Assembly (NCBI GenBank): GCA_036172245.1
Contig: JAYWIR010000111.1
Span: 124,001-166,247 of the forward strand
DNA length: 42,247 bases
Direction of reading: 5' to 3'
Origin: Raillietiella orientalis
Taxonomy: Eukaryota
This document shows positions 33,321 through 42,247 of the stretch, one piece after another. The notes under the pieces are model-generated. The model had not been told where the DNA came from. It worked only from the letters and a program-made list of their open reading frames with translations, and did no database searches. Positions within the stretch are counted from its first letter, which is position 1. Each line of letters begins with the position of its first letter. The position numbers were made by a program, and so were the translations under genes.

Positions 33321-35537
33321 AGCTGGCGGATCCGGATTGCCACTCCTGCCTCTGGGCTCCAGCACCGGATTCGGCTAGCCTGCGTACGTCTGCTGTTCGC
33401 GCGTAACATTGAGCTTGTAAATACGATCTCTAGTTACGCACGCCTTAGCCAACCAATCTTGTGGTGAGCGGACGTGTTTTTCCGTCGTTCCACCTGCGTG
33501 GCAAGAGGAGTGTTCTCTATTTGAGTGTTCTGTGCGTTCACATCGTCGGTGTTAGATGGCATCGCTGCCAGAGGACACTACGATAGAGGTAGGCGTGGGG
33601 GAGGCTAGCTTCTCCTCACGGCCTACAGAATCAGGGGCATCTGCACCGGAATCCTCTTCGGCGACGCCGAGGACGTGGAGCGCCATGGTTGCCGCGTCTA
33701 GCGCGGAAACCATGCCGGAGCAAGCGGCCTACAGGGCCTCTGGATATGAACCATCACTGGTTTATAAGGTAGGACCCTTGTTTAATGGTTGCACCTCCCA
33801 GGCCTTCAGCAAGGCATCACAGGATCTTCCTGTTCGCGAGGAGGATCTCGACGGCCTTTCCGTACTCAGCGGGGGCAGCGCGTGGAGTTCGTCAGCAAAG
33901 ACGTAGCCATAGCAAAGCGCATGATGAACACACCGCTGAATGTGGATTGCAGGAAGATCTTACCGGTTTGCATGGATTGCTCGGTAGTTGTCCATCTAAC
34001 CGGAATTACGAACCGCGTTACGCGCTCTGCAGTGAATGATGAATTAAGAAAGTACGGCGAGGTACACGCGCTCTGGCCAAAGCCAACCATCTTTAATGGC
34101 TTTAATAGTTATTTCAAAGGGCGGGCAGCAGCGCGTGTCACTGTAAATAAGGTTGCTGGGTTAACCCGCAAACTGGAGGTCGCGAAGGAATCCGTCGACC
34201 TCTGGCACGTGGGAAAACATCGCTATTGTAACTACTGCAATGCAGTAGGGCACTTGTGCAAGCGGTGCCCGAACATTGTATGCCACCTATGCGGAAAGAA
34301 GAAGCACGTTCGACGCGTGTGATCTAAGCGCCCCATCCCGGTGCCCGCTGCTGCCAAAAAGGCACAGGAAAGAAGCAGAAAGCTGGTCGAAAGGCGAAAA
34401 GTTGAAAATGGCCGCTCCCATCCGCCAGCCTTTCTTCCTACCACACAGGCGTTCGGAGGAAAAACTCCCAAAGACGCAGGAGTGGAGGATGGCTGGCAGC
34501 TGGTTAAGGCCAGGAAAGAAAAGTAGATTCTGAGGAAACAAAAGTCGGAAAAGAAAACTGCCGGCAAAATTGAAAAAGCCGTTCCGCTTTCAAAAAAACT
34601 TCGCGATTGCTCCGTGGCATCGGAACCCTTAGCCGTTCCTGTGGAGGTCGCCTGCGGAAATGTTCAGCGAACAACTGATGGAGTCGCGATTGAAAATCGA
34701 GTGGACGAGCTTACTCTAGGCTTAGAGTGTGAGACGCGCGACTCGTGCTCCGAAAGAGAGGACGCCGCGTTCGATAAGGTCGCGGAGGAAACCGCGGCGA
34801 CGTTCGCCGGCAACGAAGACGCGGCCTTCGAGAAGGCCTCGCAGGAGCTCGCAGCAACGCTTGCCAAGCGCGAAACCCCGTTTTGCAAGGGCGTCCGCAG
34901 CCCGGCTCCGAAGAAAATGTCTGCCGCAGGTGAGTCCGACTAGGAGGCCGGAAACTCATCCTCCTCCGCGGAGGCACCACCTCGAAAAGCAGGACGTAAG
35001 TTCCGAAAGCTCAAGGAGTGCCCTCTTGTTTCGAAGAAAGAGGAAAAACAAGACGACGACTGCAGCGTGGCACCCCGGAGGGGAATCTCTCACGCTCGGA
35101 AGCCGGCGCACAGGCTTCGCCCACTGAGGAAGGTGAGCAGGGTAACGAAGCCAACCCTGCATGCGACGAACCAAAAAAGCCCGCCCCTATGGAGGAGGGC
35201 GATCAGGTAGGCGCGACCACACCTTCGGGCGATCCGCTTGACACGCCGACACCAATGGAGGAAGGGGATCAGGTGCTCGACGCACCAACCCGTCCGCCTC
35301 CAAGCGCCCCGCCTCAACAGGTGGCGTACGCCGCACTGCCACTTTCGCAGGATTAACACCTGGGCTCGCCTGTCGCCGTCAAAAACGCGTAGCCTGTTGT
35401 TGTGTCAACGGGCTGCGCGACGACGGCAACAGACGAGATACGGCCTGCGTGAGTTCGACCTGTCCCTGCTGTAGGAGTTCCACGTGAACACCGCGGCAGA
35501 CGTCGAGGAGAACGAGACGATCGCGGGGTGTCGGCTG
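33321..35537 (+). mobile_element. LINE 5' UTR, near-complete ORF1 (CCHC x2) and start of APE
   Basis: MASLPEDT at 33556, CNYCNAVGHLCKRC and CHLCGKKKHVRRV*, ORF1 end ALPLSQD* at 35356, then the APE N-terminus. Confidence 0.9.
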
Positions 35538-38500
35538 TTTATCGCCCGGGTGCGCCGGGGCGTTTATTACAAACTATACGGGAACAAAGTTCCCGGACAA
35601 AGGACATAGAGTAACGAAGAGGGTGCGAACCCCGACACGCAGGTCGGTAAGACGTAAGTCCGGAACGGGAGGGAGGGGACCACAAATACACCGTATAGGA
35701 AAAATAAAAATAAACATATGCAGGGCAGGGGACAGGGATCTTTGGTACGGCCGTTCCTTTCTTTCAGAACCGGCGATGGATGCCGGGGATCTCTCTCCTC
35801 ACGCTCTCTGGTAGAAGGGTCCACACGGCAGCCGACGACATGCTGGCGCTGGCTAAGCCGGTGGGCTGACGAAGGATGGCCATCTTTTCCACTTGTTGGT
35901 GGGCTTTGTCGATGGCACGAATGCAACACACGGTTACAACAACAGCACCAAAGAGCAGGCCGCCTGGCGTGAAGAAGCGTCGCATCAAATTTCTCGCGCT
36001 TTCCCCCTGGTGCAGGAGAGCTGAGGCCAGCCTCCGCCACAGTCCTAGGAGGGCACCGCAGTCCAAGAGCAGGTGCGGGAGCTTTTCCACTTCTCGCACC
36101 GCTCACAGTTTGGGGAGACAACTCCCCCGATAACAAGGTTCGTGCGCTGGTTGGAGCGAAAACCCCAATGCAACAGCATAATCACGTCCTGCTTCCACGG
36201 AAGGGGGAACACAGAAGTGTTCAAATACGAGGGAGGAACCACAAGTTCTTCGGAGGGCACCCTCACGTGTTCGCTTAACCGAAGGAGTCCCTTCGGAACG
36301 TGGCGAGGCGTGACGTCTTCCGCCAGCTCGCATGTCCTCCAGACGAAGATAGGTCTCGTTGTTCCTGCGATGGTGCAGGCGACCTCCCATCTCGCCCGTT
36401 CGCAGCGGTCATCTTTTACCCTGAGGGCTGACAGTGCGTTAACGAGGTGGGTGACGGCCAGGCGGGTCGACTTCTCCTGGCTGTTGCACACCTCATCCAC
36501 CATGCAGTACGGGGAGAGGAGAGCGCAACGGAGTTCCAGGACGGAAACATTCTGGTGGTTTGCACAGCCATGCAACGGTTCCTGCCGTCAGGCTTGAAAG
36601 TTCGTTGGGCGGCAGGAGATCCATTCCTGGGCTTCCAGGAGCCGGTAGAGAGGTTTCAAGAGGAAAGCGAAGCTTCTCGTGGCGCGCTCCGCGTACGGCC
36701 GCAGCGAGAGAAGTCCATCGCTGCCTGTGCAGCGCAGCAGAAGCAGACGCGCGGGTGCGCACCAAGGAGTGGAACAAAGGTTGGCGCACAGAACCAACAT
36801 CCGAAGCTGCACCTGCAGCTCGATTCTCTCCAGAGTCAGGATGCCTAAGCCAGCTCCCCGACGCGGAGGCACCAAGCCTTTGAGGCGGATCCTGGACCTC
36901 GCAGGTCCCCACAGAGCGTTCTTTAACAGGCTGTGAGCCTGAAGCTTGGCCGAGTAGGGGAGCGGGGAAACAAAAAGCAGAAGACGCAAGAGGGGGGAAA
37001 CGAAGGTGTTCCATATCGTGGCCCGCTCCGGCAGGACGAATCTGCCATGGTGTATCGGGCTCAGGACATTCGATGCCTTCCGAAGGCATTCCGTCCACAC
37101 TTCCACTGGGCTGATGTTCCCCAGCGGAACGCCCAGATATTGCATGGAGGAAGCGGTCGGGATCCCCAGGCGGATCCAGTCGGACTGCCCCTCCCACGAA
37201 GCACCAATAGGTACGACCACTCTCTTGCTCCGGTTTACGCTCATGCCCGCTCTCCGCCGAATCAGCTCGAAGAAATCCTCGAGACTGGACGCCGGGGTGG
37301 TGATGGGAAAGAGGAGAAGCAATCGTCAGCTCAGGCCGCCACAGACGACGTTCCTGGACAAGAGCTCGGCAGGTTGGCCACCGTCAGCCTGTACGCCCTC
37401 AGCACCAACTCAAAGAAGATGCTGGAGAGCCACGGGCTTAAGCTGTCGCCCTGCCTGATGCCTCGACGAACCGGCACGCCGTACACGTGGCAGCCGCTAA
37501 AAGAGATGGAAATGCGCGCGTGGCGCCAACAAGCGCGCAAATGTGCCACGAGTTGCACCGGGAGACCGACACCTTCCAAGAGCTCCAGCAGGAGATCCTG
37601 ATTTACGCAATCGAACTCCTTGTGGAGATCGACCGCTACCGCCAAGGCACACGGCGCTTTCCCAGGTCCAATGCAGCGACTCCTAGCCTCGGCAGCCGCA
37701 GATGCGGTTGCCTGGCTGTCGTGCGCCACGCAACGTTGCAGCTCAAGCCACGTACGCGCCAATCACAGGTTCGCCTCCATGGACCGCCTAAGAACAGCGT
37801 GAGACTGCTCCGGACTTACCACGAATCCAGCGATCCTGCCTAGGCGCGCTACTTACAGCCTGGAGAACAGCTTGACGTTCGCATTCACCAAGGTAATGGG
37901 ATGCCAGTTGCTTAAACGGCGCATGTCTCCGCTTTCCGGCAAGAGACGCTCCCTTGCTAAGCGAAACGAGGCCGGTACATTGCCCGTCACTTGCTTCCGC
38001 AAAGAAAGCCTCAGCACCAAAAAGATGAGTTCCGCCGCGAAGCACTGGAAGAACTCCACAGGCAGACCATCCTCACCTGTCGCCTTACACTTCTTGAAGC
38101 CCGCTATAGCGGAAAACATTTCTTCCGCCGTGAAGGGCAAGTCAAGTGTGGTGCGTTCTTCCTTGTCGACCGCCGGGGAATCCGCCTGCAGGAGCAGCTC
38201 CGAAAGACGGCGTTCCGTCGGCTCCCTAGCATACAACGAGGAGTAGTAGCGCTTTACGAGGCAGCGAACTTTGGCCACGCCCGAGCACTCCAGGCCCTAG
38301 TCGTCGAGCAGAAAAGCTGCTCCCGACTGCCAGACCTGGCGCTCGGCCTTGGCCTTGCACTCCGCAAGGTACCGTACGTCCGAGCATCGGGAGAATTGGC
38401 GGGCCTGCAGAAACTCTCTGCAGTTGGCTGCGCCTTCTTCGAAGCCACGGGGAAGCACGCGCAAGGGTAACCGGCTGCAGAACTCGCGGAACAATCTTTT

Positions 38501-40686
38501 CAGATCGTCCCAGTCCACGAGCTCTCCAACGGTAAAGGTCTGGAGATGCTGGCGGAGGTGCTCCGCAGCCACCGGATTTCTCAACCAGTCGGCCGGCAAC
38601 CTCCAGACGTGCGTCGAAGGGCCCTTGCCAGGCGGGAGTAGCTAAAACTCCAGCCTGTAGTGGTCGGAAAGCTCGGACGGCTCGTGACCTCTTCGACCCA
38701 CCGGGCAATGCAGTTGATCGTCGAGGAACAGATGGTCCGGCAAAGCACGCATCCCGGGATCGTCGGCCAGCAAATTCGAGGCGTGCACCGACGCGCACAT
38801 CTCGTTCACCAGCCGTTTCTCCCGGCGACTGTGAGACTCCTCCGATAGCGCGTGGACGTTGAAGTCCCCGGCTTCGAGGTGAGCCACGTCGGGGCCGGAG
38901 TTGCTGAGACAGCGGTCGCGCAGCCTCTCGAAAAACTCCAGTTTCTCGGTGTGACGCGCGGAGCCGCTTGGCGCGTACACGTTCGTGACGACAAGGTTGA
39001 TCGATTCGGACCACTTGAGAACAAGTTGGCCCACACGACCTTCCTTGTCGAAACAAACGCTCCGCACTGCACTTGCCACACTGCGCTGGACAAGGAATGC
39101 GACTCCGCAGGTATTCTGAGAGCCTGACATCCAATGGAGCGTCCCGCCTGCGCAAACTTGCAGATGGGCCGCTTGCTGCTCGGAGAGTGCGTGAATCTCC
39201 TTCAGCATGGCCAGATCGATGTCGCGCAAGACGTTGGCAACCAATCGCCTCTTCTCGTTGTCCTGCAGCCCGTTGACCTTCCAACAGGCCACTCGGACGC
39301 GACGGGAAGAAGCGAGACCGCTTATTGCTGCTACGGACATGGAGGTGCGTTCCTCGCCCCGTCCGGCGAGGCATCCGCCGGGAGCACGGCGGATGACGTA
39401 GCGCAAGCGCTTCCTGTCCTCGCCGAGCCGCTCACGGCCGGCTCGGTCGAGTCGAGGACCATTGCCTATGGCTCCGAGGAGCATCGGGAACCGTTCCCGA
39501 CATCAGGCTCTTGCCTGGCAAGTTTTGGCTTGCGCGCAGCCCTGGCCTTCACCGGGGCTTGAAGAGCCTTAGCGCTGCCCTCGGACTACTCCTCGGAGTC
39601 CAAATTCCTCGCGCGCGCCGGGCGTTTCGTCTGCCTCTTTTTTTGCTGGCAGCCCGGAGCTGGTCCAGCACTCTTAGAGGGTGCCTTCGTCGCCGATCCC
39701 CCTTCCTGGGTCATGGAATCGGCAGCTCTTCTCTCGCAGCGGGTGTTTGCGACGGCGCGCGCGGCGGCAGCGGTGGCTTTTCCTTGCGCCTTCCTTGGCG
39801 TGTGGGGTTGCCTCTTCAGCCCGCCTACCTTTCTGATCGGGAAGTGGGAAGGATCGCGCGGTTTGCTCTCCTTCTGTTCCCGACGAAGGTCCAGGCATCC
39901 TCACCGCCTTCCTCTTTGCCTCGGTTGGGCGCGAGGTTTTCCAAGGTCCTTCGCATCCTTTCCAAGGCCTCGGATACGGCGATGGAGGCCAGTGTCTCCT
40001 TCGCCACGTCTGCCTTCTGCACCTACTTACAGGAAGGTGTGAGCAGAGTGGCGGGATTCTCGTGGGTTGCGCGAGGCTTTTCAGCCTTTGCTACCATTCC
40101 ACCCGCCGTGACTGGCTTTCTTGTCGCGGGCCAAGGGGGGCGCGACCCCTTTCTCGACGCTCCGGCGGACTTCCCGGGCGTGCAACCGCTATTTTGCTAT
40201 GTAGCGAGAGCGGACGGAATTGGCGGTTTTGCAGTCTGCCCTAGGTTTTTTCCAGACTGCTTTGCCCGGGGATTATTTTAAGCAGCTTCGAGAAGCTTTT
40301 TGCCCTTTTGTGCGGGCATTTGAGAAGCATTGCTTCCAAACACGCCCGCGCAATCGGACTTTGTGCTTGTCCGCTGCGAAACCTCGTTCGCCCCGAATTT
40401 CTTCCCCGAAGACGGAGCGGATGGAGTCGGCGCGAACGGCGATGTTGCAAGGAGGTTACTTGTCCTTCTCTTTAGTTTTAGCTCGGCGCACTCCTTAATC
40501 AAGTTACTGAGCAGCTTACAGTATCGGCAACTGCTTGTTGGGCACTTCCGTGGACGGTGGCCCTTCTTCCAGCAGTTGTCGCAAGCTGGGGTTTGCCCGG
40601 CAAACCGAAGATAGACGACAAAGTCACCGAGGAGGATCTGCGGAGGCATGAGCTTCCGATCGTCCATAGTGACGCGCGCCGTCGCG
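35538..40686 (-). mobile_element. Most complete LINE copy: partial ORF1 and full-span ORF2 (APE, RT, zinc-binding), frameshifted
   Basis: ORF1 knuckle CDNCWKKGHRPRKC. ORF2 begins MSVAAISG...VACWKVNG, then NVYAP, AGDFN and SDH. RT motifs NWHPITLVN, VDLHKEFDCV, GIRQGDSLSP and QYLGV. C-terminal CERC. 3' terminus at 35538-35568. Confidence 0.95.
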
Positions 40687-42247
40687 ATTCACACCCAGAT
40701 GTGCCGGGGCATTTATTTCATTGAAATGAAATTACATAGAAATGTCGCGTGGCGAACCCTAAGGTACACCACTCCAAAACATTTTGCTGGTTACCGGCTC
40801 CATGCCGGAGAGGTCCTTCCGATGTGCGGAGATGGAAAATAAAGAAAAACAAAAAGAAACAAAAAGTTGCAATGTGGGGGGGAACAAATGTTGTAGGGGT
40901 GGGAGGGCAGGAAAGGGAAGACGGTGCGCGTGGAAAGGTCCTCTAGATCCTATTCAGGATCCGCACAAGCTGAGTCCTTTCAGCACCCAAGTTGCGCCAC
41001 TTGCGTACACTGCGCGCGAAAAGGCGAGTCCAGTGTAAGGCGTTGCCGGTTGGCTGACGCCTTCTTCTGGTGGCGTTCCAAGCCTCCACTATTCCTCTGA
41101 TGCAGCAGAGGACTGGTACGCTAGCCGGCGGGGACAAGGCGTCACTACAGAAGACGCGCATTATAACGTCCTTTGGGCCGCATCCGCGCAAGTCCAGGAT
41201 CGTCGCGAGACGATCCCACAAAGAGGGGAGGGCGCTACACCCAAGGAGAAGGTGGAGGAATGTTTCTTTTTCCCCAGTCCGGTCACAATTAGGATCCACA
41301 GACCCCCGGGTTTTGTGGTGCAGGCGTGCTATGAATGAAAATCCCCTGAGAACCACAAGAAACGACACATCCTGCCATTTCAGGGGGAGGGATGCACTGT
41401 TCCAGAACGCTGCGGGCCACTTGATCTCTTTCGGAGATAGTCCGAGTAGCTCGCCCCAGCGTCGAATTCCGTTGAGCGGAACACTCGGCGTCGCAGCTTC
41501 AGCTAGCTGCCAAGATGTCTACAAATTTTTTGATTGTGTCCACCCGCCTATAGTGCAGGACACAGTTCACTTCCCCTGCTCGCTACTGTCCCTGGCATCC
41601 ACAAGGAAAGTCAGCACTGAGGCGAGGGGGGTTATCAAGGTCCCCAGAAGCTTGTCGTGGGACTGAACGATCTCCTGCAGCGCCCAGCGGGCGTGCCTTT
41701 CCATACAAGTGTTACTTGTGCCCGCCGGGACGTGGATCTTTTCCCAGATGGAGACTCACTTGTGCAACCAGGCGGAGTAGTTTCCTGAGAGGCAGGAGAT
41801 CCAGGCGTTTTCTCGAACCGCAACGAAGATGCGTCGCAGCAAAGAGCCACAGTATGGTCTTCTGCAGACGCGCGCAGACAGAAACGACAAAAGTCCGCCG
41901 ATTCCGCAGACTCATTGGGCTAGCAGGCGTGCTGGAACGCAACAAGGCGTGTCCCACAATTCGGCCGCGAGGGCGAGAGTCCTGAATTCAAGTTGCAGTT
42001 TCATGCGCTCCAGCGTAAGTACGCCAAGTCCACCGTCCTTACGTGGAACGCACAAGTCTTTGAGCCTCACACGGGACCTCCCTTTGCCCCCACGACTGTC
42101 CTCAGGAGGCACGCTGCTCGTTTCCGAATAAAATAAGGGGCGGGGCAAACAAAAAGTAGGGGGCGAAGGAGGGGAGCTGCAAATGCGTTCCACACCGCGG
42201 CCCGTTCCGGCAAGTAAAACCTGCCTTGCAGGAACGGACCGATCGCC
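40687..42247 (-). mobile_element. LINE ORF2 C-terminal part with 3' UTR (runs off window end)
   Basis: RVRLKDLCVPRKDGGLGVLTLERMKLQLEFR and CDRTGEKETFLHLLLGC. Terminus at 40687-40717. Confidence 0.9.

Noticed and set aside
38226..39374. 382-aa Arg-rich ORF (likewise 28784..29695, 27485..28345, 39511..40281)
   Set aside because: Alternative-frame or antisense shadows of GC-rich LINE coding sequence with no independent motifs.

Overview
Eukaryotic genomic DNA; the host is not identifiable from the sequence (43-44 nt GT-AG introns, one short TTAGG run). About 31 kb is a mosaic of degenerate L1/Tx1-type non-LTR retrotransposon pieces (CCHC-knuckle ORF1; APE endonuclease, RT and C-terminal zinc-binding ORF2). 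None is intact, and they alternate in strand almost without exception. The LINE field surrounds a ~11 kb LINE-free island (~13300-24300) with mirror symmetry. A 2.8 kb unique spacer (17390-20191) is flanked by 2.5 kb inverted repeats (14895-17389 and 20192-22691). Just outside each arm lies a three-exon, Cys-containing gene body pointing outward. The two gene bodies share exon sizes and phases (222 nt, 92 nt, last exon) but only ~24% amino-acid identity, and both begin at a splice acceptor with no start codon of their own. The spacer holds a candidate promoter and an ATG micro-exon. The layout fits either an invertible flip-flop switch choosing between two divergent paralogues, or a gene-converted palindrome. 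The switch is a hypothesis. LINE fragment boundaries are approximate and all identities are hand counts.
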